NCBI GenBank assembly: GCA_963693055.1
Contig: OY843751.1
Span: 224,001 to 288,000 of the forward strand
Length of the DNA: 64,000 nt
Direction of reading: 5' to 3'
From: a bacterium
GTDB lineage: Bacteria; Zhuqueibacterota; Zhuqueibacteria; Residuimicrobiales; Krinioviventaceae
Shown here: piece after piece, positions 1 to 11,700 of the stretch
How the letters are laid out: the number at the start of each line of letters is the position of its first letter
How positions within the stretch are numbered: the first letter of the stretch is position 1
Notes under the pieces: generated by a model
Database searches by the model: none
Told to the model about the DNA's origin: nothing
Seen by the model: the letters and a program-made list of their open reading frames with translations, nothing else
Position numbers and translations under genes: made by a program

Positions 1-2
1 AT

Positions 3-680
3 TCCTATGCTTATACATATGCATATGCCTTGATGTCCAATTATACTGAAGATGCTGCTTTGACGGCTGGGTATGATTTTTCGCAAAATATGGATCTTGC
101 ATTACAATATTATGTTAAATCTGGTCTTGAAGATGGCGATTCATGCCTGCTTCAGGTTACCCGTGACGGTATAGAATGGCAAACTTTTAAATCTTATACT
201 GGCCAGGGTGGCGATGAATGGATCAAAGAGTCCTTTTCTATGACAGAATATACCGGTCCGGGAAATGATAATGTTCGTTTCCGGTTCAGGCTTGTACTGG
301 ATGATGATGATGTTTCGGATGATGGAATTTATATTGATTATATTGGTTTTAAAGTAAATTCAACGTCCGGGATAGATGATATTGATAAAGATCGCATTCC
401 AACAGTATTTCGCCTGGAACAAAATTATCCGAATCCCTTTAATCCGGAAACGGTTATATCTTTTGATTTACCCCAGCCAGAATATACGGAATTGACTGTA
501 TTTAATGTATTGGGTCATAAAGTAGCAACACTGTTAAAAACTCCCATGAATGCGGGCTCGCATCAAATTGTCTGGAATGGCAAAGATGCCAATGGAAACC
601 AGGCTGCATCCGGAGTGTATTTTTACCAATTAAAATCAGGAACCTTTAACAAAATAAAGAAAATGATATTATTAAGATAA
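3..680 (+). CDS. Secreted protein with C-terminal YPNPFN/FlgD-Ig (T9SS type A-like) sorting domain; 5'-truncated by window edge
   Basis: Frame is open back to base 3; C-terminus LEQNYPNPFNP...WNGKD..G...ASGVYFYQL...KMILLR. Confidence 0.85.
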   Translation, partial: SYAYTYAYALMSNYTEDAALTAGYDFSQNMDLALQYYVKSGLEDGDSCLLQVTRDGIEWQTFKSYTGQGGDEWIKESFSMTEYTGPGNDNVRFRFRLVLDDDDVSDDGIYIDYIGFKVNSTSGIDDIDKDRIPTVFRLEQNYPNPFNPETVISFDLPQPEYTELTVFNVLGHKVATLLKTPMNAGSHQIVWNGKDANGNQAASGVYFYQLKSGTFNKIKKMILLR

Positions 681-714
681 ACAACTAAACTCTAACCTAA
701 TACAGGGGAACTGT

Positions 715-3700
715 ATGATGAAAAAAACAAGACTATTATTAGTAGCTGTTCTTGCATTACTGGTAGTTGGTGTTTTGCCGCTGTCAGCCGCAAAGAATAT
801 GAAACTGAACAATCGTAATTACACACAACCAGTGTGGGAAGTGAATACGACACCCCAGGATGTTGAATACATGCCGGGTAAATTGATGATTAAATTCAAG
901 TCAGATGTGAGTTCTGCTTTGTATCGTCAGGGAGTTAGCGGTCCATCTGTGGGCATTCCAACAATTGATGCCAAAATGAATAAATGGAATGTCCAAAAAA
1001 TTGACAAGGCATTCCCCAATAAAACTGCTCCTGTTGATGCAAGTCATACAGACTTGTCTCGTATCTATGAAATTCAATTTTCTGCCGATCGCAATGTTGT
1101 TGACCTCGCTCAGGATTTTTCATCTGATCCTGCCGTTGAATACGCGGAACCGGTTTTCATTCGTTATACCCAGGTGGAACCGAATGATCCCAATTATTCT
1201 CAACAATTTCATTGGGATATTGTGAAAATGGAAGAAGCCTGGGACCTTAGCCAGGGTTCGAGTGATATTGTTATTGGCATTATTGATACCGGTGTTGACT
1301 GGAACCATGAAGACCTTGCTGATCACATCTGGGAAAATATGGGCGAAGATGCCAATGGTGATGGTATGATCACCGCTGCCGATATAAACAATGTTGATGA
1401 TGATAACAATGGTTATATTGATGATTTCCGCGGATGGGACTTTGTTGATGTACCCGCAAATTATGATGAAGATAATCAACCCGCAGATGGTGAAGATGGT
1501 ACCGTTCCAGATAATGATCCTACAGATTTTGATGGTCACGGCAGCCATGTTGCAGGTATCTCTTCTGCGGTTACCAATAATGAGATTGGTGTTGCAGGTG
1601 CCGGTTGGGGCTGCTCTATTATGGCCCTTAAAGCGGGTTACCAGAATCAGGGTGGTAACGGTTCAATCGGTTGGGGATACCCAGCTATAGTTTATGCTGT
1701 TGATAATGGCGCTAATATCTTGAACCTGAGCTGGGGTGGCGGCGGTTACAGCCAGTTTGAACAGGATGTAATGGATTACGCCTGGCAGCATGATGTACTT
1801 GTTATCACTTCGGCGGGTAATGATGATACAGATCAATTACCTTATCCCAGTGGTTATGACCATGTAGTAAATGTTGCTGCTACTATTCATGATATTGATA
1901 TTAAATCCAGTTTTTCCAATTATGGTGAATGGGTAGACATTTGTGCTCCCGGAACTACTATTTACAGTACTTTACCGGGCGACCGTTATGGTTACTTGTC
2001 TGGTACATCTCAGGCATGTCCTGTTGTTGTAGGTATTGCCGGTTTGGTTTGGGCAAATAATCCCGGGTGGAGCAGTGATCGCGTTGCTTTGCAGCTGTTA
2101 GAAACTGCTGATCCGGTAGATGACCGTAATCCTGATTTTCAGGGACTGTTGGGTTCGGGACGTGTTAATGCTTACCGTGCATTGACAGAATCTCCTTCTT
2201 CTGTACAGGTAGAGTCTTATTCTTTTACAGATCCTACTGGCAACAATGATGGTATACTTGACATTGGTGAGACTATCAATATTTTTGTTGAATTGAAAAG
2301 TTATCTTGACAACGTTTCAAATGTAAGCATAAGCATGAGTACCGAAAATGAATATGTGACGTTGAGTAATTCAACGGTTTCTTATGGTTCAATAATGAAA
2401 GATCAAATTGTTACCAATACTTCAAGTCCATTTGTAATGACTGCAAGTTCTGATGCTCCCATTGGTGAATATGTATCACTCAAACTGGATATTACCGGTA
2501 ATGATGGAGCATACAAAAAAACAAAGTTTATTAATGTGACAATTCAACCCTTGTATAATAATCATAATATAAATAATGTAGATTTTACAGTAACCAGTTT
2601 TGGTATTTTCGGTTATAACGATTATGCAGAGACCGGCCAGCAATTTGGGACTGGTTTTCAGTATCCCAAAGGCACTGAAAGTGCATTATATATGGGTGCA
2701 TTTTGTGTGGCTGCTGCACCTGATCAGGTATCGGACTGTGCATATGGTAACGCGACTTATGATCATTATGACTGGATAACCAGTGATGGGGGAAATCTAA
2801 GAATGGGCAGCGCCGATGTTTCTGATCAGGATGGTGTGGCCATGTTTAACGATTCCCGCGCTGAAAATCCCATTGGTCTGGATGTTGTCCAAAAAAGTTA
2901 TGCATGGAACAATCCTACTGATGAAGATTATGTTATTGTTGAATACACCTTGATGAACAATACCAGTGAGACCATGGAAGATCTGTACGCAGGTTTGTTT
3001 ATGGACTGGGACATTGATATTGCAGTGGATAATTTGAACACTGTAGGTTATGATGCTGAAACCAGCTTGGGATACATGACATCTTCTGGTGCAAATTATT
3101 ATGGCATAAGTGTATTATACCCCGAGATAGCAAGTTATAGAGCCATTGATCATAGTCAGTATTTATATGACAATGCTTTGACAGATGCATTAAAATATCA
3201 GTTTATGACCGAAGGCATGGTTGTTACTGCAAGTGATTATGCGTTTGACTGGTCAAACTTGATCTCTGCCGGGCCTTTTACTTTAGAACCGGGAGAACTG
3301 CAGGTTGTTTCTTTTGCGGTACTGGGTGGCGATGATCTTGCTGACATTAAAGCCAATGCGCAGGCAGCACATACAAAATACAATGTTTTGGCACCATCTT
3401 CTATTGTGATAAATCACTCTCCTTTAAAAGATACAGAAGATGTAGCTAATCCTTATGTTGTTACTGCAGATCTTACCAATAGCGAAGGTCAGGTTGTTTC
3501 TGCCGATCTGTATTGGAAGACTGAAGGCGATGAAGAATTTAGTGTTGTTAGCATGTCTGCTGCTATTGAAGATGCATGGACTGCCAATATCCCCGCACAA
3601 TCTGAAAAACAGGTTCAATACTATATTAAAGCAACGGATGAAGTGGGCCGTTCAAGCCTGTCTCCCAATACGGCTCCGGTTCAATCATACGGCTTTTATG

Positions 3701-4797
3701 CCGGTGCAGATGATGAAGCACCCGTTATTTCCGAGATGACTGAAATTCTGGATACGTTTAACGCAGAAGGCCCGTTTACTGTAACCGCAACCATTACAGA
3801 TAACCTGGGTGTTGATGATGCCACTGTTGTTGTTGATTACCAGCTGAATGAAGAAGAACCTCAGCAAGTTGCCATGACCGCTAATGGTGATGAAACCTAT
3901 ACAGCAGATATGTCTTTTAGCCGTGATTTAACCAGTGGTGATCAGATAAGTTATACTGTAACTGCCAAAGACCTTTCTGCATCTGCAAATAGTGTTACCA
4001 GTGAACCGGTAGCATTTTCTATTGTCAGTACTTTACTTGTTGATGATTTTGAATCAGAACTCACAAAATGGGACCTTGGTTCAGTTTGGGAAACCAATTT
4101 CTTTTCTCATCAGGGTAACAATTCACTAACTGACAGTCCTTTGGGATTTTATGAACCCAATAGCCAGTCTGTTTTGACACTGGCAGATGGTTATGATTTC
4201 TCTGCAAGAAGCGAAATTACGGTTTCTTTTTACATGATATACATCCTGAGTGATGGCGATGCTCTGTATTTTGAAGCGTCCCGTGACGGCACCAACTGGC
4301 AAACATTGAAAACCTACACAGGTGAATCTGGCTACTCTTGGATTGAAGAACAGGTTTCGTTGAATGATTATGTTGGTGCAGGAAATGAAAACGTACAGTT
4401 CCGTTTTAATCTGGTAGCGGATGGAGATAATAATGTTGGTGACGGTGTTTATCTTGACGACATTTATATTCTCGCTGATGGTGTAAACGCTATTGATTCT
4501 CAAGAAGAATCTGTTCCTACAGAATACAGTTTAATGCAAAACTATCCGAATCCTTTTAATCCTGTAACGACTGTTGCTTATGAACTTCCTAAAGCAGGTC
4601 AGGTAAGTATTGAAATTTACAGTATTTTGGGTGAACGCATTGCAACACTTGTTGATCGCGAACATCAGGCTGGACGATACAAAGTAGTCTGGAACGCGTT
4701 GAACGATAATGGCGTTAAAGTATCATCCGGTGTTTATTTTTACAAAATTAAAACCGAATCATTTGTAAATGTGAAAAAGATGATATTGATAAAGTGA
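715..4797 (+). CDS. S8 subtilisin-family serine peptidase with C-terminal YPNPFN sorting domain
   Basis: Signal peptide; triad motifs IIDTGVD, HGSHVAG, GTSQACP; C-terminal NYPNPFNP...SGVYFY. Confidence 0.92.
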   Translation: MMKKTRLLLVAVLALLVVGVLPLSAAKNMKLNNRNYTQPVWEVNTTPQDVEYMPGKLMIKFKSDVSSALYRQGVSGPSVGIPTIDAKMNKWNVQKIDKAFPNKTAPVDASHTDLSRIYEIQFSADRNVVDLAQDFSSDPAVEYAEPVFIRYTQVEPNDPNYSQQFHWDIVKMEEAWDLSQGSSDIVIGIIDTGVDWNHEDLADHIWENMGEDANGDGMITAADINNVDDDNNGYIDDFRGWDFVDVPANYDEDNQPADGEDGTVPDNDPTDFDGHGSHVAGISSAVTNNEIGVAGAGWGCSIMALKAGYQNQGGNGSIGWGYPAIVYAVDNGANILNLSWGGGGYSQFEQDVMDYAWQHDVLVITSAGNDDTDQLPYPSGYDHVVNVAATIHDIDIKSSFSNYGEWVDICAPGTTIYSTLPGDRYGYLSGTSQACPVVVGIAGLVWANNPGWSSDRVALQLLETADPVDDRNPDFQGLLGSGRVNAYRALTESPSSVQVESYSFTDPTGNNDGILDIGETINIFVELKSYLDNVSNVSISMSTENEYVTLSNSTVSYGSIMKDQIVTNTSSPFVMTASSDAPIGEYVSLKLDITGNDGAYKKTKFINVTIQPLYNNHNINNVDFTVTSFGIFGYNDYAETGQQFGTGFQYPKGTESALYMGAFCVAAAPDQVSDCAYGNATYDHYDWITSDGGNLRMGSADVSDQDGVAMFNDSRAENPIGLDVVQKSYAWNNPTDEDYVIVEYTLMNNTSETMEDLYAGLFMDWDIDIAVDNLNTVGYDAETSLGYMTSSGANYYGISVLYPEIASYRAIDHSQYLYDNALTDALKYQFMTEGMVVTASDYAFDWSNLISAGPFTLEPGELQVVSFAVLGGDDLADIKANAQAAHTKYNVLAPSSIVINHSPLKDTEDVANPYVVTADLTNSEGQVVSADLYWKTEGDEEFSVVSMSAAIEDAWTANIPAQSEKQVQYYIKATDEVGRSSLSPNTAPVQSYGFYAGADDEAPVISEMTEILDTFNAEGPFTVTATITDNLGVDDATVVVDYQLNEEEPQQVAMTANGDETYTADMSFSRDLTSGDQISYTVTAKDLSASANSVTSEPVAFSIVSTLLVDDFESELTKWDLGSVWETNFFSHQGNNSLTDSPLGFYEPNSQSVLTLADGYDFSARSEITVSFYMIYILSDGDALYFEASRDGTNWQTLKTYTGESGYSWIEEQVSLNDYVGAGNENVQFRFNLVADGDNNVGDGVYLDDIYILADGVNAIDSQEESVPTEYSLMQNYPNPFNPVTTVAYELPKAGQVSIEIYSILGERIATLVDREHQAGRYKVVWNALNDNGVKVSSGVYFYKIKTESFVNVKKMILIK

Positions 4798-7700
4798 GAA
4801 ACGTTTTATTCTACATATTTTTGCTAGTATTTATTGGAAAACCCGGCGATGTTTTTGCTCGCTGGGTTTCCCATTTAAAGACTGGTACAGAACAGACATC
4901 TTTTGATTTTCAGAAGAATGGTACTGTTTTTAATGCAAGTATGTCCGGCTTTGAAATAACGGACCAACGTGCTCAAGATGTAGACTGGTATAAAGTAGCG
5001 ATCCCTGGTACGGATTTGAGTAAACAGCCTGGATTTCCCCAGTTGCCAGTTATGTATCGTTTATTAGAGGTACCGTTTGACGGAGATGTGCATATTGAGA
5101 TACATCCCGGATCAATGGAGCTGGTGGATCTTGAAAAGAGCGGGTTTACTCGTCCCATCATTCCGGTTGCATCCTATAACACAACAGATGCGTCACAGCC
5201 CCCTGTTTTTGATAAAGGGGATGTGTACCAAAACAATGAATTCTTTCCTGCTGAACCGGTTGTTGTGGGTGGTTTTGCCCGAATCCGGGGCAAACGTTAT
5301 GTGAGGATTGATTATTATCCATTGCAGTACAATCCTTTTACCGGGCAGGTTCGCTATTATCAGGATTTATCATTCGAGGTGCAGCATGGTTCTGCTCCTG
5401 TAATCAATAAATACCCTGTTTCAGGTTTTGATTCCGTATTGGATGCTTTTGTTTCCAGTGCCGAATCAACATTTGAAAAGGTCCAAGCTCCACCTGTGTT
5501 GCTGATCATTACCCCCGAATCTTTTGTAAATGCAATAACTCCGTTGGTGACATGGAAGCGGCAAAAAGGGTTTGATGTTTCAATTGCTACACTTGCAGAA
5601 ACCGGCAGCGATACCACATCCATTCGTCAATATATTCAAAATGCTTATAATTTATGGGAGCATCCTCCACAGTATGTTTTGCTTGCAGGAGGGACCGAGG
5701 TGATACCTGCATTTGACGGTGGGCATACGCTGAACCCATATGTTACGCATACCACAGATCTGTATTATGGCGAGATGGATGGTGACGGAGATGTGTTTAC
5801 CGATCTGTTTGTTGGGCGTTTCCCCGCATCCTCAGCGTCCGAGTTGGCTATTATGGTCACCAAAAGCCTCTCGTATGAGCAGTTGAATGCCCCAGACCAG
5901 AGCTGGCTGGAGTATGCTACATTTATAGCAACACAAGATGAAAATTTTTATAATTTTGTTCAAGACGGGCATCGTAAAAGCATTTCAAGATATTTTAAGC
6001 CCAATAATGTATCAAGCGATTCTATCTGGACGTTTGATTCGCCCGACAAAGCCCCACTGAACCAGGCTTTTGAGCGCGGTACTGCCAATGTGGTATATTC
6101 CGGTCATGGTAATATTGGGAGCTGGAGTGACTTGGGCACTGCTGTTGAACCATTCAATTTGGTGGATGTTTATTATTTTAATAATATTGATCGGTATCCC
6201 CTGGTGTTCAGTTTTGGTTGTAATGCCGGTGATTATGCACAGGTTGAATGTTTGGGCGAAAGCTGGTTAAAATATGAAAATACAGGTGCTGCTCTGTTTT
6301 TGGGTTCTTCAGATCTTTCCATGTGGTATCAGGACTATTATTTGCAGGACCGTTTGTTCAATGCCATCGAAAATGGTGGGTTTTCGACTATATCCGAGAG
6401 TGTTATGGCTGCAAGGTTTGACCTGTTTGCACGCGGATATGCCTATTACGATATTTATCAGGAAATTTATAATATATTGGGTGATCCCACCCTTCCGGTT
6501 TGGATTGGCCAACCCGCAATGCTTACTGTATCCGCACCCGATACTTTACCGGCAAATATTGACAGGGTTACGGTATCTGTTTCATCGGGCTCCACCAGCA
6601 ACGCTTTGGCTGCTATCAGTGCGCAGGGAGAATTTCTGGGAAGCGCATATACCCAACAGGGTGTTGCAGAAATAGCCATTGATGGTGATTTGGCATTATA
6701 TGATAATGTGCTTTTGACTGTTAGCCAGCCCGGCAATGAAACTGTGATAAAATCCATATATATTGATCCCGATATAACCATTACTACAAATCCCCAATAC
6801 CTGACAGCAAATGCAAGTCAACAGATAGAATTTCATGTTGAACAGGCTGGCATAGGTCCCGTATCGGATCTTGAGCTCCATGTTTCTGGTGTTGGAGTAT
6901 CAGGTACTCTAAATTGTATTACCGACGAAAATGGTAACACAAGCCTGGGATTACTTTCATTGTACGGACAGGATCTGATAATAAACGGCAACAGAGTCGG
7001 AGATGATAATCTTTTGTATTCCGGTGTGCTCCCCGTACAATCCGGTTCAGCATTCACAGAATTTGCAGTAACCGCAGGCCCTGCTATTGCGCTTGACAAT
7101 ATTTCGTTTCTTCCCGGAGTGCTTACAAGCGTTGTAGTTACAGCAATTCCCGAGGCTGATTCGTTTTATGTATCGGGTTGTGGTTTAGATACGGTGTGCG
7201 CAAATGCTGATTTTTCTGTTATCCCCCAATCTGATGGCGAATTGACAATCATAGCCGCCAAGGCCGGTTATGAGATCCAGTCCCAATCCTTTGCCGTAGA
7301 CTCGGAATTTGCCGGGATTTCCGGCAAGGTTACACAGGGAGAGGGAGCTGTCCCGAATCCTCTTGTAGAACTGAATGCACTGTGGACAGAGTATGCACTG
7401 TCTGTTGCAGGCGATGAAAACGGATTGTTTGAAATTCTCGATCTACCCTTTGGAAAATATATTGTGCAGGTGAGCGCAAACGGATATGGCGTACAGATGG
7501 ATACTGTTACAATCAATGCAGAGGAGCTGGTATTCGACTATGATCTTGAACTTGTGGACCCCGTTTCTGTACAGGGCCATGTCTTTGATGATTCAGGCGC
7601 ACCTCTGCAGGATGCAGTAATTATTCTTGTAGATCAAAATCAAAAAACGTTTTCGGGGAATGATGGCGTTTTTCAGTCGAGTTCGGTTCTGCCGGGCAAA

Positions 7701-8651
7701 GTCAGGTTTTATGTGAATGCCCCGTCATTGAGTTTTCTGGATACCCTGGTTGCTATACCGAAAGCGGGCAATAGTGATTTGAATTTCACCTTAACATCCG
7801 GAACCGATGGTTTTTTTGCAGATTTTGAATCTTGCCCTGGCTTGCTGCAAACGGATGGTTTGTGGCAATGGGGCGAGCCCGGCCCCGGTTTACAGTTCAG
7901 AGGCCCTGAAACTGCATTTTCCGGTTTGAATTGCTGGGGAACCGTGCTGGACGGAGACTATACCGCAAATGCTGATAATTCAATAACAACTCTGCCTGTG
8001 GATCTTTATGGTATGGCTGAACCTTTTCTCGAGTTTCGGCAATATTATCAAATGGATTATCTCAATAGTGGCTTTGATGGCGGCAATATCAAGATCTCTA
8101 TTGATGATGGTGAAACCTGGACGGTATTACAGCCACAAGCGGGTTATGATAGTGAAAGCTTGACAGCATTGCCTAACGAGCCTGCATTTAGCGGGGCTGT
8201 TTCTACATGGCAGCTTGCGACTTTTGACCTGACAGATTATATCGACAAAACCGTACTCTTCCGTATCCATTTTGTCAGCACGACCCAAACAGAAGACGCG
8301 GGTTGGTATATTGATGATTTTAAATTGTACGATAAATCAACTTCTGATATTGAAAACAACGTCTCCACACCTCTTGACTGGAATTTAAGCAACAACTATC
8401 CCAATCCGTTTAATGCAGGTACATCACTGGAATATACTGTGCCGAATAGTGTCATTGTAAATATTGCCGTGTATAATGTACTGGGTCAAAAAATCAGAAC
8501 GCTTGCGCACGGGTTGGCTCAGCCCGGTGTGCATCGGGTCCACTGGGATGGACGCACAGACGCTCTTGATGAAGCAGGTTCCGGTATGTATTTGATCAAA
8601 ATACAATCAGATGATTTCTCACGGGTTACCAAAGTTTTACTGCTGCGGTGA
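4794..8651 (+). CDS. C25 (gingipain-like) cysteine peptidase with propeptide, carboxypeptidase-regulatory-like repeats and YPNPFN domain
   Basis: PG.PQLP propeptide, WKRQKGF, TDLYYG, VGRFP, catalytic-type YSGHG and FSFGC motifs; NYPNPFN C-terminus; GTGA overlap with upstream gene. Confidence 0.88.
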   Translation: MRNVLFYIFLLVFIGKPGDVFARWVSHLKTGTEQTSFDFQKNGTVFNASMSGFEITDQRAQDVDWYKVAIPGTDLSKQPGFPQLPVMYRLLEVPFDGDVHIEIHPGSMELVDLEKSGFTRPIIPVASYNTTDASQPPVFDKGDVYQNNEFFPAEPVVVGGFARIRGKRYVRIDYYPLQYNPFTGQVRYYQDLSFEVQHGSAPVINKYPVSGFDSVLDAFVSSAESTFEKVQAPPVLLIITPESFVNAITPLVTWKRQKGFDVSIATLAETGSDTTSIRQYIQNAYNLWEHPPQYVLLAGGTEVIPAFDGGHTLNPYVTHTTDLYYGEMDGDGDVFTDLFVGRFPASSASELAIMVTKSLSYEQLNAPDQSWLEYATFIATQDENFYNFVQDGHRKSISRYFKPNNVSSDSIWTFDSPDKAPLNQAFERGTANVVYSGHGNIGSWSDLGTAVEPFNLVDVYYFNNIDRYPLVFSFGCNAGDYAQVECLGESWLKYENTGAALFLGSSDLSMWYQDYYLQDRLFNAIENGGFSTISESVMAARFDLFARGYAYYDIYQEIYNILGDPTLPVWIGQPAMLTVSAPDTLPANIDRVTVSVSSGSTSNALAAISAQGEFLGSAYTQQGVAEIAIDGDLALYDNVLLTVSQPGNETVIKSIYIDPDITITTNPQYLTANASQQIEFHVEQAGIGPVSDLELHVSGVGVSGTLNCITDENGNTSLGLLSLYGQDLIINGNRVGDDNLLYSGVLPVQSGSAFTEFAVTAGPAIALDNISFLPGVLTSVVVTAIPEADSFYVSGCGLDTVCANADFSVIPQSDGELTIIAAKAGYEIQSQSFAVDSEFAGISGKVTQGEGAVPNPLVELNALWTEYALSVAGDENGLFEILDLPFGKYIVQVSANGYGVQMDTVTINAEELVFDYDLELVDPVSVQGHVFDDSGAPLQDAVIILVDQNQKTFSGNDGVFQSSSVLPGKVRFYVNAPSLSFLDTLVAIPKAGNSDLNFTLTSGTDGFFADFESCPGLLQTDGLWQWGEPGPGLQFRGPETAFSGLNCWGTVLDGDYTANADNSITTLPVDLYGMAEPFLEFRQYYQMDYLNSGFDGGNIKISIDDGETWTVLQPQAGYDSESLTALPNEPAFSGAVSTWQLATFDLTDYIDKTVLFRIHFVSTTQTEDAGWYIDDFKLYDKSTSDIENNVSTPLDWNLSNNYPNPFNAGTSLEYTVPNSVIVNIAVYNVLGQKIRTLAHGLAQPGVHRVHWDGRTDALDEAGSGMYLIKIQSDDFSRVTKVLLLR

Positions 8652-8721
8652 GATTTTACCTGCTTTTTATTTGAATTTATTCTATATTAATATAAACGAT
8701 GACATAATCCCGGAGTATTGA

Positions 8722-11700
8722 GTGGCACGCAACAAGAACAGACGCGAAAAAGAGTCGATTCAAACAGAAAAAAGAACACAACTGGTTCCCTTATTTTGGA
8801 ATTATAAAATACAAATCCTCGTACTTTTTCTATTTCTATTTTCAGGCATCAGCGGGCTGGTTTACCAGGTTGTATGGATGCGCATGCTTAAACTGATTTT
8901 TGGAGTTACCGCATTTGCGGCAAGTACAGTTGTTTCCGCGTACATGGCAGGATTGTCGGTTGGCAGTTGGTATTTTGGTAAAAGGGCAGACCATTCCAGC
9001 TCTCCCTTGCGTTTATATGGGTATCTGGAAGTGGGCGTAGGGCTATACGCGCTTGCTTCTCTGTTTATCTTCAAACTGCTCGATCAGCTATATACCCTTA
9101 TCTATGTGGCTTTTTCTCCCAACTTTGCCGTCTTTTCGATTATCAGGTTTGTGGTTGCGTTTATTATAATCTTGATACCTACCGTGTTAATGGGTGGAAC
9201 GCTGCCCATTTTGATCAAATTCTTTGTGAACAAAAAAGGACACGTGGGTAGACTTGCCGGTTATTTGTATTCTTTTAATACGTTAGGCGCGGTGATTGGT
9301 GCGTTTGTGACCGGTTTCTTTTTGATTAAATTGTTTGGTGTACAAAATACTATTTTTATTGCAGCTGCTATTAATATACTGGCTGGCGCGGGTGCTATTC
9401 TGATTGGTCAGTTTATGCTCAAAAGTGCCAAACCGGTTCCCGAGAGTGAAATTGTTGAAGAACAGAAAATTACAGACAAGAGTGAAAAGCGGGTTTTTCG
9501 TCTGCTGCTGTGGGGTTTTGGCTTTTCCGGATTGGCCTCACTTGCTTATGAAATTTTGTGGACGCGTTCACTGCTTTACTTTCTTGGGCTTACAACCTAT
9601 ACTTTTACCACAATTCTAACAACATTCCTGGTAGGTATTGCACTGGGTAGTTTTTTTACCTCACGGTTTGTGGACAAGGTCAAAGACCATTTAAAATTGT
9701 TTGCAGTTATAGAGGTTTTGATTGGTTTGTCTGCGCTGGCGGTGATTCCGTTGATTGGTAACATGTATGATATTAGCAACAACCTGCGAATGAGTCTGGG
9801 CTACAATGACTGGTGGTCTAATGTGGGTGTTAAATTTTTATTGTCTTTCCTGGTTATGCTTGTCCCTACATTGTTAATGGGTGCTACCTTTCCTATAGTT
9901 GTCAAGAGTTATAACAAAAGCATAAAGGGTATTGGTGAAAATGTAGGTAAAATTTATGCCGCTAATACAATCGGTTCTATTGCGGGATCGTTCGCTGCGG
10001 GATTTATATTGATACCTTTTGCCGGACTCCGGTTAAGTATTGCAATTGTGGTCATGATCAACCTGCTTGTGGGTTTGACCGTTTTTCTTAATCATCCGGA
10101 TATTAAACGTAACAGTCGTTATGTCTGGTCTGCTATTGCTATACTGGCTATGGTGCTGGTTGCTTTTAATGCCAAAAGAGATCCCATCGTTCTCTCTAGT
10201 GTAGAGTTTGAAGGTTCAATGAAGCGTTATGATCTTTTGCACTATAAAGAGGGTATTGATGCTTCAATAGCAGTACTTGAGGACCGTATAACCGGTGAAC
10301 GGGAATTGAATATCAATGGAGAATCTACTGCTTTTACTATATATCAGGATATGCAGGTTCACAAACTGCTGGGCCATTTGCCGCTGCTGATTCATCCCGA
10401 TCCTCAGGATGTTTTGGTTGTGGGTTTTGGGTTTGGAAGTACTTCATGGGCGTCTGTATTGTATCCTGATGTTCAGGTGGACTGTGTGGAACTGGTTAAA
10501 GATGAGATTGATACCGCACCCTTTTTTGAAAAGCAGAACCATAATGTTATTGATCATCCCAATTACAATCTGATTATTGCAGATGGGCGGGAATATATAA
10601 AGGGTACGAACAAAAAATATGATGTGATTTCTTTTAACGCTATTCATCCTAAAATCAGTCCCAATCTGTATACACTTGAATTTTATGAGATGTGTAAAGA
10701 AATTTTGACAGATGATGGCATTATTATCGCCTGGCTGCCACCCAATGCTATTACCGAACTGGAATACCAGTCTTTGATTAATACCTTTTGCCATGTATAT
10801 CCCCATAGCTCCCTGTGGTATGTAAACCCCTCTCACATGTTGTTAATGGCTACCATGCAGCCCTTTGAAATTGATTACGAAAGGTTGCTGGCGCGGTTAT
10901 CTATACCGGAAGTCAATAAAGATCTGCGTGAAGTCAATATGGAAGATCCGTACGAATTGTTGAGTTGTTTTTTAATTGCTGATGAAAACTTGTACGAGTA
11001 TGGTGAACCTGCGCCCATCAATTCAGATGATTTGCCGTTCATCGAGTTTTCACGGGAAATGAGTGTGTCTGTAAATACAGAAGTGATGACAAGTTTAGGA
11101 TACCTTAAAGGCTCCGCTTGGCCGTATTTATACAATGTGGCTAATCCGGATACCGTGCAGGAAAACCTGAAACGTATGGATGAAACCAAATCGCTGGTTT
11201 CAAAAGGACAGGTGATGGCCTGGATGGGTGAGTATGACAAAGCGCACGAGTTTTACAATCAGGCGCTTGAAAAAAGTCCCGGAAACCGGAACACCTTATA
11301 TCTGGATGGGCTGATTGATCGCCGCAAAAGCGAGCTGGAAAAAATGGTCCAGTTGAATCCGCGTAATGCACGAGCGCACCAGGCACTGGGTGAGATTTAT
11401 ATGGATGAGCGGAATGTACAAGCGGCATTTCAGATGTTTAACAAGGCAGTACAGCTTGATCCGCAATACGCTCAGCCGCACCATCATTTGGGTGTGATCT
11501 ATTATATGCAAAATCGCCCGGATATTGCCTTGCGGGAATTGGAACAGGCCCAGCAGCTTGACCCTGGTTATGGTGCTTCATATTTTTATGCCGGAATGTG
11601 TTACTGGAAAATGGGCAAACTTGATCCGGCATTTCGAAATTTCAAAAAAGCAACAGAAGTAGATTTTGACTTTGTACCCGCACATTTTTATCTGGCCCAG

